From Felis catus (Eukaryota), in contig NC_058382.1 of NCBI RefSeq assembly GCF_018350175.1, positions 57,848,001-57,912,000 of the forward strand: a stretch of 64,000 nt of DNA, in the 5' to 3' direction. Positions within the stretch are counted from its first letter, which is position 1, and every line of letters begins with the position of its first letter. Positions 1 through 13,630 of the stretch are shown here, in pieces. The notes under the pieces were generated by a model. That model saw only the letters and a list, made by a program, of their open reading frames with translations, was not told the DNA's origin and searched no databases. The position numbers and the translations under genes are program-made.

Positions 1-383
1 GTTTTGGTTCTGGGTCTCTGTTTTTGTTTTTGCGTTGTTAGCTCGTCGGACGTCACCAGCAACAGCGTAGGGCAGACGGGGTAGCCGTGGCATCGTCCTG
101 CGTTATCTTGGCAGAGTTGTAGTCCCAGAGAGAATAATTTACGTCTCGGTTTTCCATTTTGCGTGTCATTTCCGTTTACCGTAAGCGTTTTCCCGACGCC
201 ACGCTGCCATTGTCGCTGCCCACGACATTTCAGTGAGGCAGCAGAACTGGCACAGTTTTCTTCTCACTGAGCATTTAGGTTACGGTCACATTGTCGCTCC
301 TCTTGCTGCGTTAACTCCTGCTGCGCGTAGGTTCCTTGGCCATGTTTTGGGTTCTTTCCTTAGGACAAACTAAATAGACTCTT

Positions 384-588
384 TTCAACGTTTATTTATT
401 TTTGGGACAGAGAGAGACAGAGCATGAACGGGGGAGGGGCAGAGAGAGAGGGAGACACAGAATCGGAAACAGGCTCCAGGCTCTGAGCCATCAGCCCAGA
501 GCCCGACGCGGGGCTCGAACCCACGGACCGCGAGATCGTGACCTGGCTGAAGTCGGACGCTTAACCGACTGCGCCACCCAGGCGCCCC
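384..588 (-). mobile_element. Can-SINE (SINEC_Fc-like), full length with target-site duplication (TSD)
   Basis: tRNA-derived head, (CT)n and A-tail on minus; TSD taaatagactctt at 371-383 and 589-601. Confidence 0.93.
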
Positions 589-799
589 TAAATAGACTCT
601 TAAAATATTGTTAAACACGTTTCAACATTACAGAGGATTTCAAAAGACCACGAATGACCTCTAGAACACACGGCCGCATAACACATTGACCAATTCCAGA
701 TTTCTCCATGTTGAAGAGCAGGCTCGGGATGTGTCAAGAGATTTAGCCAGAGGGAGGCAGGTGTTTGTATAGGGAAATGAAGAAAGTATTAACACAGGC

Positions 800-802
<3 letters not shown>

Positions 803-892
<90 letters not shown>
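803..892. repeat. Compound microsatellite (GT)n(GA)n
   Basis: Read directly. Confidence 0.95.
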
Positions 893-898
<6 letters not shown>

Positions 899-2534
899 GG
901 AGGGGGAGGGGGAGGAAACTTGTGCCAGGTTGCTTGTGACCAACGGCGGTGTCCCCTCTGCACGCGGCCATTGGAGAGCTGTGTGGGCAGCCCTGACCAG
1001 CTCCACATTGCAGAGCGCCGTGACCGCCAGCCAGGTGAACCGCGTCCAGGAGGATTTGCCTAGAGCCCTTTCTCCCGGAGACACAGATGTCCAGCGTGCG
1101 TGTTTCTTCTTTGGGCCAACGGGAGCGAAGCCCCAAGCCCGAAGGCAGCGGGCGTTTGTTCAGGTCATCCCTCCCCTCCCCCGGCTTCTTCGGAGAGGGG
1201 CCAAGTCCCAGATCTCTTAGGGAGCCCGTCCCGATCCAGTGATTAAGTGTGGCTCTCTCCGTGCCGGGGGTCGGAGCCGCACGAATTTATGTTGCCAGAT
1301 TATCCAAAACGATGGGAGGCCGTGTCCGGCTATATCCAAATTGAATCCAGCTGTCCCCAGATTGTCAGCCGTGTCCTTTTATTAAAGAAGCACAGCTGCT
1401 CACCAAGGGAGGGGTGTGCTTTGCAGTAAATTCTGACATTTGGTTATATTGGAACCAACTCAGTGAATCGGTAGTGAAACTTCACGGGAGACACCTGTCC
1501 CCGAACTCCTCCTTGTCGCCTTAAATGAGAGTGCTCACCGGTTCACAGAGGAGGTGCCTGGGACCAAGGAGACGGTAGCAAAGTGCAAAATGTCCGTCCG
1601 GATGCTCGTGGGAGGTGACTTTGGTGTCGGGACTCAGGGCCACTCGTGAGGAACTGCGAGATTTAGCATCCTGGACTGTGGAGGGGCCTTTGGTGGGCAA
1701 TCCGAGTGCTCCCTCGCTGCCTCCCTGATCCCCCCTGGGGGGGGCTAATGGAACTCCTGGATACTTGGTTGTTTGGGGCAGTGTGGTGAAATGGAACCGG
1801 TTCTGGAGCCTTCTGCAAGCTCCACGAGGCCGGACATTTGTCTCTTCCACGGCTCTTCCCCACACACAACACAGCGCCTGGCCCGTCACAGTGGATCGAA
1901 TTCGACACGGCCGAGTCACGGTTTCGTGGGGAGGTCTTTGTGGAGAACTAAAGCCGTCTCACCCTCTCACCGCACTGGGGAACCAGCAGACGGTCCCTCA
2001 TGTCTTTTTCCTGTTCACTGTGGGCACTTTAGATGTTTCTTTCTTCCCGGAGGTCATAAAATACGGGTCATCTTTGGATGTAACCTTTATGACAGCTGCA
2101 GTGGGGTAAGGCCCACATTCAGCGTCATAAAATGTTATCTCGGGATGGCACTGGCACGAATCCTGGAGGTCCAAGGGCCTCTCCTGCTGATAACCTGCTG
2201 ACGAGCGGACGTCGGCCCTCTGCTTCCGGCCGCCCTGGGAAGGAGGCTGGGGGCACCACCGGGCCGGGGAGACTGCTGCTTTGGGGGACCTCCCCCATTA
2301 GACTCTCTTCTTCCCTCCAGAGCCACGTAGACATAATCTGGTCCCTCGGGCAGGTGCCCACTCCTCACAGATTTGAAGACCCCTGTCCTGTCCCCCACAC
2401 GTGACTTACTCCCCGGGTACGTTTCCTCCACTTTCCCACCGTTGCTCACGTGACACGATCGTCAGGTGGGCTCTCGTTTTCGTCTTTATTTTTTTGGACA
2501 CTGTCCAGATCTTCAGCTGTTCTCTTTCCTTCCG

Positions 2535-2756
2535 TTTTTTTTTTTTTTTTTAACGTTTTTATTTTATTTTTGGGACAGAGAGAGACAGAACATGAACGGG
2601 GGAGGGGCAGAGAGAGAGGGAGACACAGAATCGGAAACAGGCTCCAGGCTCTGAGCCATCAGCCCAGAGCCTGATGCGGGGCTCGAACTCACGGACCGCG
2701 AGATCGTGACCTGGCTGAAGTCGGACGCTTAACCGACTGCGCCACCCAGGCGCCCC
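2535..2756 (-). mobile_element. Can-SINE (SINEC_Fc-like)
   Basis: Nearly identical to the element at 384-588. Confidence 0.92.
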
Positions 2757-5244
2757 TCAACACGGTTTTTTATTGTCGTTAGCGTCAGACACGTAGACTT
2801 GCGGCCTGCAGTGCCTCTTGGGATTGGGATCGGGCGCGTTTCTGTCAAAATGTCAGGCTCCCTCACCAGTAATTCGTGAGTTATTCAAGGGCAGAAAGCG
2901 AACAGATTTATTATCGAGAGGCATCTCTTAAGACTCAGCCCACCACTGAGGTCTGCCGAGAGCTTTTTGGGTCCCGATTGTGTCGTCCCCTGTGGTAGCT
3001 GGCTTTGGGTTCTGCACATTCTCCGTCACCACGTTATTTACCTTCGAGCTTGAGTAATTGGTGAAGATGTAGGTTAGAGCCCGGGCTGGAGTGGTAGACC
3101 ATCTTCCAGGTGCACCGTCTGGGTGGTGCGCCCAGCCACCACGTGTCGTTGAGTTTAAGACCTCATCGGTTTTAAGAGTTACCGTTATTTTATGCACAAT
3201 GAGGAAAGGTCACATATTGCCATTTATACTGTCACACAATGCTTTTTATCACTTAGACTTTCTATTCTGTCCTTATCGAAAGAATGCCTTTAAAATTACA
3301 TCGACGTAGATTATCGTCACGTATCACTCTCGTCCATTACAAGGAGGGAGACGGAAGCAGAGCATGTTGGCTGAAGGACTTCCCAAACTCTTTTACGTGC
3401 AGAGACCCGTTCCTCTGAAGTCCAAGTCTGAAGTTTCTGTAAAATATCATCCTCTCTGCCATCAACATGCTCTTTATGGAGCACCCCGTCCGTGTCCCTT
3501 TGGGGAGGACGGGAGCACCGAGGGAGGGGCAGGAGGAGGACCGACGCTGCTCCACTCCCTGAAGGGGGTGTGGTTACACGGGGCTGTTCACTTTGGGGGA
3601 ATTCAGTGAGGGACACGATTACGATTTATGCACTCTTTTAGTTTATTTTTTAGTTACTTTGAAAAATAAAAGCGGGTCCACTCTTGTCTCCAGACAATGA
3701 CAGTGGATCATGATAAGCCTGCCGAAGGGCACTGATGAGACATCCAATTTCAGAGATCTTAAAGTGCAAAAAAACATGCCTTTTGGGGCAAAGAAACACA
3801 GCCTTTGTACATCTGCCTAATCACACAGTGTCCCCGACACGTCTGTCCGTTTCGCCCTCAAAGCTGTGATGAATTTGTCAAGTACCTCGCTGAAGGTCAA
3901 CCCCGATGCACACTTAGCACAGTGACCCCCGGATCTACGAGTGGGAAAGGAACACAAACAGCGCCCGTGATGAGGCCGGCTTAGACCGTGACCTCACCGC
4001 CTCCCCCTCGAGGTGCTCCCACAGCGACGCCGTTAGTAACCGCTCGCTGTTCCCTGGCACGGCCATCCCACTTAATGCATTCACGGCGTGTTCCGCCTTC
4101 CCCTCCAGAAGTGGGGTTGACATTTGTCCTTGTCTTACCTCCCCCGCCTGTCATCATCGCTTCTTGGGAGACGAGAGATGGCGGAGGCTTCCCCTGGAGA
4201 GGCTGGGAGCCTTAATCCGTCGCTCGGCAGCCACACGCTCAGTCTCGGTTCCCTGGACCGGCGTGGGCTCTCAGCCCCATCAGAACCCCTAAGCGTGTGC
4301 GTTGTGCGGGGCCTTGGGCTGAGCCCACGCTCTTTTCCCACACCCGCCGGTGCCCCTTTCCTACACGCACCCCCCGTAGCCAGCGCTCAGCTTTGTCCTC
4401 CTCTGCCCTCAGAGCGGTCCTGTGTGTCACATGTGCTCCTGCCTCATGATCCCCGAGTCCACTGTTAGCCTGGGCTCTCTCGGGAGCTACAGCCATCTAG
4501 TGTCACCTGTAGCGTGCCAGGTACGTCCTAGCCCAGGGGAGCTGGGGGCTGCGTTGGATGGACGGCTGGAGGGTGTGTGGTTGGGATCCCAGATCTGGAA
4601 TGTGAATCCCGAATGGCCACAGGCGCCCCTGCCCCTCCCCAGACCTCCACCCTGCACTCTTCTGGTCAGGGACGTATTACAAAAGCCCACCTCCAAGGAG
4701 GCCGCTTCTGGACACGTGGCCCCTTGGTTTGAGCGCCTTGGAAGCCTCCGGTTTCAGATCTGGACCAGGCGGTGCTAAGTGTCCCCCGGGGTCACGCTGC
4801 AGTGGCAGCTGGCTGCGTTCCACGGTCCACCCCACGGGAAACGTCAGGACCCTGCCGACAGGATCGCTCTCCCGGGGTGCTTGTCCTCCCGTCTCTACAT
4901 AGCAGAAACTGACCCGGCCTTCCGAGACTGTCCTTGCCTTTGGGCGTCCTCCGGCCCCCGTGCCCGATGTGGTGCTCGTGCCCCCTGCCCGTCTACACAG
5001 TCGGTTAGATCCTTGTCCTCTTTTCCCTAATAGGTGTGCACTTCGTAAAGACTGGGTCTGTGAATTCCTCTGGGCACCTAACATGGAAAACAGGTTTGTT
5101 CGTCTCAGTTGGCTGGTGGAATGCGTTTTTCTTCGCCTCCTGGGTTATGTTGGAAGCCCACTGAGGTCAGGAAGGGGGTGGGTGCCTCCCCCACCGTGCC
5201 GCCTAGCAGAAAGGCTCAGGGGCAGGGCTTGTAAACTTTATGTT

Positions 5245-5737
5245 TAATTTTTATTTTTTTTAAGTTTTATTTCTTTGAGAGAGATAGAGCATGAGCAGGG
5301 GAGGGGCAGAGAGAGAGGGAGAGGGAATCCCGTGCTGTCGGTGCAGAGCCTGACGCAGGGCTTGAATGCACGAACCAACCGTAGGATCATGACCCGAGCT
5401 GAAACCAAGAGTCGGACGCTCAACCGACTGAGCCACCCAGGCGCCTCATTAACTTTATTGACTGAAAAGTCAGTAGTGATCCTACCGCGTTTCCTCCTTT
5501 TAGCTGTAAAAATACGGGCAGCGAGGGGCGCCTGGGTGGCTCAGTCCATTGAGCGTCCGACTTCAGCTCGGGTCCCGATCTCGCGGTTCGTAGGTTCGAG
5601 CCCCGCATCGGGCTCTGTGCTGACAGCTCGGAGCCTGGAGCCTGCTTCGGATTCTGTGTCTCCCTCTCTGTGCCCCTCCCCTGCTCACACACACACCCTC
5701 TCTCTCAAGAATAAGCAGTAAAAAATTAAAAAAAAAA
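5245..5737. mobile_element. Two Can-SINEs in opposite orientation (5245-5446 minus; 5525-5737 plus)
   Basis: ggggcgcctgggtggctcag heads and A-rich tails. Confidence 0.88.
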
Positions 5738-8309
5738 CAACAACACGGCAGCGGCGTTTTTCTGAGTCTTCCTTCAGCTGCTTCCTCCCTTCAGGGAGGC
5801 CAAGGGCGTTGGAGGAAGTGTTTGCGGCTGATCAGGGCCGGGTGGGTGGGCCAGCTGCCTGGGCACATGCAGCCTCTGCCCTGTGATCACCTTTGAACTC
5901 TGACCTGTGAGATCCCCACAACTGCCCTGGCCCCGAGGACCCTACAGTGAGGAAAGCAGACAAGGCTGCTGGCACACAGGGAGCCCCCCTGGGGGAGCGC
6001 GGTCCTGAGGTCACCAAGCCCGGGCCGTGAAGGGGCACAGCCGACGAGACAGTCGCCCGGACACGCAGGGGCCAGAACGCTCTTGCCAGGTGCCCGGCTC
6101 GGACGCACCCTCGGAGAGGGTTGCCCGTGAGCGCCCCGTCCTGGGTGGGAGCCCGGTGGGACCGCGCACGGCTGTGGGGACGTAACGGGAGCTGCCACTG
6201 TCCTCGTCGTCACGAGCGGGGCCCCTGCGGCCACCTGAGAGGCCGCTGCTGCCCGCGTCCGAGGGAGGGAGTCAGCGGGAGGACGGTCCTCTCCCCACTG
6301 GGAGCGGCAGCACCCGGCTCCTATTCCGGTTGTAAAATCGGAACGTTGGCGTCTGAGAGAATTCGGCCAGAGCGATTGGTGGCCTGGTGCTTGCCCAAAG
6401 CCCGTTGGCACATCTGGTCCTTGAGGGAAAGGGGCCCCCGTGCGCACCTTGGTTACAGCGTCCCCAGGCTCGTGCTGCTTCCTCCCCGTGTCGCCAGGAA
6501 CGTCCTGTCTTCGCCCTGCAGGGGCGTGTGCCCCAAGCACACGGACACCTGTGCCCGGCTGCTTCAGTGCACGCCTTCAGACTTTTGGAGAGCCCTTTAG
6601 CGGGGCGCCTGCGTGGCTCAGCGCGTTAAGCCCCTGACTTTGGCTCAGGTCATGATCTCATGGAGAGTCCTTTAGAAATACACGTTCCAACGTCTCTGCT
6701 TCTGTTACGGAGCCTTGTAGCGCCTACAGGCCTTTTACAGATCTCTCTACAGTCGTCAGCGTTGTTCACGTGAGGACCTCCTTGACAGTTTTAGTTTTAA
6801 AACCGGTGTCTGGGAAAAGTCAGCCTGCAGATGCCTCTGTCAGAACGAAAAGAACTGTATGGCCCAGCGCGGTTCCCTTTTTTGCTTTCGCTCCAGGAAG
6901 CCCCCCTGAGCGCCTCGCCCAACGTAGGTCATTGTTCCCTTGATTCCACGGGCCTGTAAGTTGCCCTGGGTCCACACTGACCAGGAGAAAATCTACGTCT
7001 GAACAGCTGCCCAAACGCAGCGACATCTAAGTGGACGTTGGTGGCGTTTCTTCCTTGACATGTATTCGCTCCCTGAAATGACTCTGGCCTCGCGGCCAAG
7101 AGGCCCAAAATTCTCTACCTGGTTCAGAGGCAAAGTCGGTGATCACCCGAAGACGATGAACGGATTCGCTTGTCGGCAGCCCTGGGGCTGCTCAGCCCCT
7201 GGAGAGGCACACGAGAGTCCTTGTTGTGGTCTTGTGTGTGAGAGGTTCTGAGCAACAGGAAGCGTGCTTTCTACCAGCCTGGGCTGGTGGCCGAGGTCTG
7301 GCTGGGGCGCCGGAGGACCGAGCTGTGCGGAGGGGCTCAAGGGCCGGCCCGCTGGGTCCTTCTCTGACTCGGGACCGCGGGGGTTGGGGCGCACGGGGGA
7401 GCACGCACGGTGTTGAGCAAACGCAGCCTGAGCCGCAGGGAGAGCCCTGGCCCTGAGGCCGATTGTTTGTGGCAGGCGGGGTGCACGAGGGGGGATCCGG
7501 AAGCATCTCCCGAGCGGAGAGGTGAGGGGGGTTCGCGCCGTCAGCCATGGTGTTCACGGCAGGCCCATTTGCCGCATTTATCTCTGTCTCTTCCTCCCTG
7601 TCCTCTGCTCGGGTGGCTTCAGGGAGGCACAGTCTTCCTGGAAACCGTCCGTTATCATATCGCGTCGTAGGGGAACTGACCCGGGAGCCAGTAATCTGAT
7701 AGCTGATCTGCTTCACCGATGTCAAGACCACCCTGGAGACCAGAAACCTCAGCCGAGGTTTGTCTGTCTCCCCTCACTCCTGCCAAACCCCGTCGATCTT
7801 CCCGCGAGGCCACCTTGAAATAAACGCTGTGCAGTGGACCAGAGGGGACTCTTCGGCAAGGTCACCCGCTCGTTTGCGGGCGGGAGAGGGACAGCCAGGT
7901 GCTGGGTGCAGAGCAAACGTCGAGATTTCCCTCGTGTGGTTGTGGTACCGATGGAAGAACCAGAGAGGGATAGACGGACACGGACGTGGGCTTTGTGGGC
8001 GCCGTGGCCTCAAGAGGCTTTATCCCCGCTTCTGTTTCCAGACCTCTCTGTAATGCTGTGTTTGTGATGGAGGGAAATGGGCACCAATGAGCCCCACAAG
8101 CCCGACTGAGGGCTGGAAACGTCGGGTTCGTAGGGATCCACGTGAGGCCCACATCAGGCTCGTGGCTCACGTGGCTGGTGCATGGGCCCGGGGCCCGAGG
8201 TCCCCACGCTCACAGCACTTTACTGTCTCGCTCATTTTGTCCTGACGCTCCTAGGCTAGAACAAACACCAGGCACCCCAGTGGGTCCTCAGGTCCTAACA
8301 GCATTCTGG

Positions 8310-8745
8310 CTGTCCGTGTTAGTTTCCTACGGCCCCTTGAACGAGTTACACAAACTCAGTGGCTTACAGCCTCACACATTTACTGTCCCACAGTTCTGGG
8401 GGCAGTCTGATGGGGCCGATGTCAAGGTGTGGGCAGGGCAGGTTCCTTCTGGAGGCCCCAGGGAAGTCTCTAGAGTTTTCCAGCTTCTAGAGGTGCCCAC
8501 ATTCTTCGACTCGATGCCCCTCCTCCATCTGCAAAAGACCATTGTTCCAGCTCCTTCCCTGACTCTGACCCCTCTGCCTCCCTCTTCTGAGGACCCCTGT
8601 GGTTATCGTGGGCCCCCCTGGATCATCCAGGACCATCTCCCCTACTCAGGGCCCCCAACTTGCCATGTAAGGTCACGTGTATGTAGGTTCTGGGGGTGAG
8701 GACGTGAACACTTAGGGGGGACCACTGGTTAGCATACTACACCAT
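8310..8745. mobile_element. MaLR LTR (MLT1-like) remnant
   Basis: gtgttagtttcct...cacaaactcagtggctta...cacagttctgg...gtcaaggtg...gatcatccaggaccatctccc resembles MLT1. Confidence 0.65.
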
Positions 8746-10292
8746 GAGAAAAACTATTTTTTATTTCATTCTTCGTCGGACGTGGCCGTTCTCTTTTCTT
8801 GTCCCGTGTTGACTTTTGCGCAATACTTTTCATTGCGGTAAACTGCAGAAAATTCAGCTTCGCAAAGATACGAGGTCACGGGAAGCAATCCAGCATGAGC
8901 TAACGGTCAAGCTGTGAACTGCTTCGGGCCAGTAGTTTGCTTTGTCTCTGGAAGATGTCCAGTATTGCTGTATTTTCCTCGAAATACTGAAATATCCCAC
9001 AGGACCTCTGTGAGTTTGCTCAGGTATCCCGGGGTGCCCCGGCACCAGTTTGGGAACCGCAGCTGCAGGTTAAAAGCATCCTGGCTCAGCTCCTTGGGCT
9101 GTGCCTCATGTGGGAAGGATTGGGGGTCCCCCCCTTAGCTAGGCTGTCCCCCTAGTGGCGGGCAGCATTCGGCTAAGACGTGGCTCCAGAAAAGAACGTG
9201 GTGCCCAAGTCCGCAGAGGCCATCGGACCCACCGTCGACTCCTGGCCGAGCCCTGGCCCCGTTTCCGGCCCGGTGCGGAGGGGCTAAGGGCCGCTGGCCT
9301 CCTTAGCCGGTCACACTGACCCTGCCCTCCCATTCTGGCTCCTGCAGTCAGGCGCTTCAGGGCACCCTGTGTCCACAACCACAGGGGAGGAAAGGACACT
9401 TTTCTTGGGTTATTCGGTTGTATTTTCTTAACAAAATTTAATACAAAGGCCTAGAGGGCATCCAGTTGATGCTAGGCGAAGAAGGCTGTGTGAATTCAAT
9501 AGGATGCCCATGTCTGGGGAGTGAACCATCATTAGAGGGTTAAGTCCTGGAGCTTACGTGAGTCTGATGACTGCAGGAGGGAGTTCCTTATATTCTGCTT
9601 CTCGCCCAAGACCCTCACCTTCTCTCTGTTTGGACTCTCTGTTTCGCACAGAGCAGGTGGGCTTGAAAGTCTTAGGACTTGAGTCTCAGGGTCAAGGACT
9701 TTCAGTAAAGCAGTCAGCCTCCGTCAGGGGTGTGCAGTTTTCCTGATTTGCACCGGCCCTCTGCAAAGCAAGCCCTTAGGCAAAGCAAGGCAGATTTTCT
9801 GTGGGGAGGTTAGCTCACTACTTTACGGGAGGTGCCAGCAGGTGACCTTCAAGTTGTGGCTGGAGAGAGGTCAGAATGTCCCAGGAGCTCAGGCGGTAGC
9901 TGCGAGGGACCTTTGACCTCTGCTCCTAGAACAGCAGGTGGTCCTGTTCCACACCCACCCACCCACCCGGTGACCTCGCTCAGCCATGCACCTGCCTCCC
10001 CCAGCCCCAGACTTCCGTCTCTAAAGTAGGAGTAAAAACAGAGTACTGCCCACCTGCGTGACAGAGTGGTCCCAAACAACGTTTTTACGGATTTTTGTGC
10101 CTCGGAAAGTGTCAGCTCTTCTGATCATATTGGCCTCGATGTCCTTTGTTGTCCGTGTCACCGTTGCCACAGCAGGGCTCTCGTTCACCCTGTCCTCGTG
10201 GACCAGGAGGACGAGAACACCTCTCCGTGAGCCCCGCTCTACTCGATCAAAGTAGAGATTGCTTAAAAAGAAAATCTTTTAAAAAATGGATG

Positions 10293-10461
10293 TGGGGCAC
10301 CTGGGGGGCTCAGCCGGTTGGGCGTCCGACTTCGGCTCTGGCCACGATCTCACGGTTCGAGAGTTCCAGCCCCGGGTCGGGCTCTGTGCCCAGGGCTCAG
10401 AGCGTGGAGCCTGCTTCGGATTCTGTGTGTCCCTCTCTCTCTGTCCCTGCCCTGCTCGCTC

Positions 10462-10512
<51 letters not shown>

Positions 10513-10547
10513 AACAGATAAACATTAAAAAAAATACTTAAAAAAAA
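10293..10547 (+). mobile_element. Can-SINE with expanded (CT)n
   Basis: Head, long (CT) tract and A-tail. Confidence 0.88.
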
Positions 10548-12016
10548 TGAATGACTTTCCCAGTGTGAGTCTGATGGGAGCTGGATCCTGAGACAGGAGG
10601 CTGGCTTTCTCTGTTTGGGTCAGTCGTCAGGCAAAGGACTCAAACCAGACGCCTTCGTCAGAGGCTGGGGCTTGTGGGACGATCTGGCTGCAGAGGCACA
10701 GCTGGCCTCGTGGGTCCCAGTTCCCTGGTGTGGGGACCCTTCCTCGCACGCTGCCCCGCACTTAACCCGGCGTGAAACAGATGAGTCAGAGTTCTGAATT
10801 TGGGGGCTCGTTGGGGTTTTGACCTTACAGGTGGAAGGAGGGTGCAGATCTAAAACCCACCGAGTGTGTGTGGCCACAGAACAGACTTCGGGGAAGGTGA
10901 TTTGGTAGCACCCATCGTCAGCCTTAGTAATGTGCGAAGCTCTGACCCAGCGACCCCACTTCCAGAAGTGTACCCCCAGAGGGAGCTGTAGGGGGCCAGC
11001 CTCGTGGTCAAGAGCAGTGGTCCTGCGGTTGGACTGTGGGCGCTGTCGCTTCCTAGCTATGTGCTTGGGAGTAAGTCTCCAAGGCTTGAGTTACTGACGT
11101 CGCGTGATGAGGGACGAGCTGGACGGACGTGATTGTGAGACAGCCTGTCATGGACGCCGAGTGAGCGAGGCTTTGCAGGCCCTTCTCTTTTTGTAAGAGC
11201 AGCACGTCTGCTAGTTCTTGGGGACACTAAAAGAGAGGGAGTTGCCTGAGGTGGATGGCCAGGGGCAGAGTTACGGAAAGTTCCGGATTCTCCCCCAGGG
11301 AGCCTCGTCTGATTGCTCAAGGTGCACCTACTGGAGAAGTCCTGACTCGGTTGGGGGAATCAGAGTTTGAGCAAAGCCCCGTGGGGATGTGGCTGAGCAG
11401 CCACAGGAAAGCAATCTCCTTCCGAGTTCCTTCTGCAGCTGGGGCCGCAGGGCAGGGCGGGAAAGCCTGGGGGGGGGGAGGGATGGGGGAGGGGAGGAGG
11501 TCAGAACGTGACCGCCTTGGCCTGCCCCCGCCTGCCCCTTTGCTCCCGTCCTGTGCATACAGATGCCTGTGCCTAAACTCCTACCGCAGCTGTCCCTCAG
11601 CCTCCCGGTTCCCGAACTTTCCAAAGTCCTCGCTGCCTAGGCCCTTTGTGTAGGCTGTTCCCTCTGCCTGGACCACTCTCCTGTGTCAGAGGACCCTCGC
11701 GTCTTCTCGGCCGGTGCTCCTTCCCGCTCAGCTCATATCCGCCTTCCTGACCCCCCGGCCAAAGAAGCCCTTCTCGGCACTCTCGGGGACATCGCCTGGG
11801 GACCCGCAGCAGCGCTCAGTACTTCTGAAGCTGTTGTTTGGGTTTCTGTTTCATCAAGTGTCTCTTACCCTCCCGTCCCCTTACCCCTCCTCCGCCCCGT
11901 CTCTTAGCCTGCGCCCGCCCAACACCAAATGCTCCTTACAGCCTCATCCGTGACTGGACCCCCAGCTGCTGGCGCACCGGCTGGCGCATAGTAGCTGCTC
12001 AGTAAGTATTTGTTGA

Positions 12017-12800
12017 GGGCACCTGGCTGGCTCCGTGAGTAGCACGTGTGACTCTCCACCTCAGGGTGGGACGTAAAACCTACCTAAGAAGCAAAAAGAA
12101 AAGAGATATCTGTTGGATGAGCAGGTTGGGTGGGTAAGGCCTTTGGGTTATAGGTTGACGTAGAATTTTATTTACTTATTTTTATGCATTTTTTAAGCTT
12201 ATTTGTTATTCATTTTTGAGAGAGAGAGAGAGAGGGCGCGTGCCAGCGGAGGAGGGACAGAGAGAGCGAGAAAGAGAATCCCAAGCAGGCTCGGTGCTCT
12301 CAGCCCCGAGCCTGACGTGGGGCTCGATCCCACGAACTATGAGATCGTGACCTGAGCCGAAATCAAGAGTCAGATGCTCCACCGACTGAGCCACCCAGGT
12401 GCCCCCGAATTAGAAGTCTAGCCTAATTTGGTTGGTGGGAACTTTGTGCCCCAAGGCCCAGGAAGTGAAGTGTAAGGACGATCGCAGGAAGGCTTGTTCT
12501 ACTGCAAGGCCACAGAAAAGCACTTTCAATGTGCACGCGGCGTAGTTGGAACGATGCTGCTGTGATTTAAAACGCCAGGTCTCAGGGGCGCCTGGGTGGC
12601 GCGGTCGGTTAAGCGTCCGACTTCAGCCAGGTCACGATCTCGCGGTCCCTGAGTTCGAGCCCCACGTCGGGCTCTGGGCTGATGGCTCAGAGCCTGGAGC
12701 CTGTTTCCGATTCTGTGTCTCCCTCTCTCTCTGCCCCTCCCCCGTTCATGCTCTGTCTCTCTCCGTCCCAAAAATAAATAAACGTTGAAGAAAAAAAAAA
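12017..12800. mobile_element. Can-SINE cluster: short plus fragment ~12017-12100, minus ~12170-12405, plus 12585-12800
   Basis: The last element is flanked by the TSD tttaaaacgccaggtctcag (12566-12585 and 12801-12820). Confidence 0.88.
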
Positions 12801-12949
12801 TTTAAAACGCCAGGTCTCAGAGTCTGCGGCCCTGGAGTGGGTTCGGGAGCCTCCAAAGGCACTGGGGCACGATCCACGGATGTGTTTTCTTTGGCCCACG
12901 AGGTGTTTTGAAATGAATTCGAATTCGCTGCCCGCGTTGGGGAATTGGA

Positions 12950-13630
12950 GGATTTCGCGTAGTACATTTCAGCAGTTCTTCGAAAAGCTCTTTAGATCTG
13001 GTGCCGCCGGGTCCGCGCTCCCGAGTGCCGCACCTGGTGGCTCTGAGCGGGGACGGTGCGGTTGGTTCCCGAGGGGCCCACTCCCTCTGGCCGGCCCGAC
13101 ATAGGTGGTCACGCGAGGTGTGGGATCCTGTGTGTTCAGAGCGACCGTCCCCTTGTCCTGCACGGAGGCTCATAATTATGCGTCCTTCCTGAAGGAAGAC
13201 GGATGCTTCCGAGGCCCTTACCGCCGGCGGCTGCTTCTCCCTGTTGTCTGAGCTCCGTGGCCCGATTCGGCAGCCCTGCCTTCTCTGCCACGAGGGACGG
13301 CATCCCCGGGCTGAGGGCCCCCGGGGGCCGGCAGTGTGCGGTGGCCGTGCCCCGCTCTGCAGCGGGCCTGGGTCTGCGCGCTGTGGCCCACGGCGCCCTC
13401 ACGCGCCAGGACTGGGTCCCCCGCCACTTCTCCCTCCCCTTTGTGCCTCTCCCTCCTTCCTGAGCCCACGGAGGAGGCTTCTGGGAAAGGATGACCTACT
13501 CCCAGAATTTCGAGCTAGGGAGACGCTGGGAGAGCCGCTTGCTAGCCTCAGGCCGGACCAGAAATAGCTGTGATAATTCGATCTGATCGCGAAGCCCCGA
13601 AGCTGGGGGTTCTGCCTGGGTACGTGGGTG
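12950..13630 (+). promoter_or_regulatory. CpG-rich segment, candidate alternative promoter/5' exon of KIAA0513
   Basis: Local CpG density peak about 3.5 kb upstream of the first coding exon; donor-like TGG|GTACGT at 13620. Confidence 0.35.

Noticed and set aside
385..618. Recurring ORFs such as GAPGWRSRLSVRLQPGHDL and tRNA-like A/B boxes
   Set aside because: Translations and heads of tRNA-derived Can-SINEs, not genes or tRNAs
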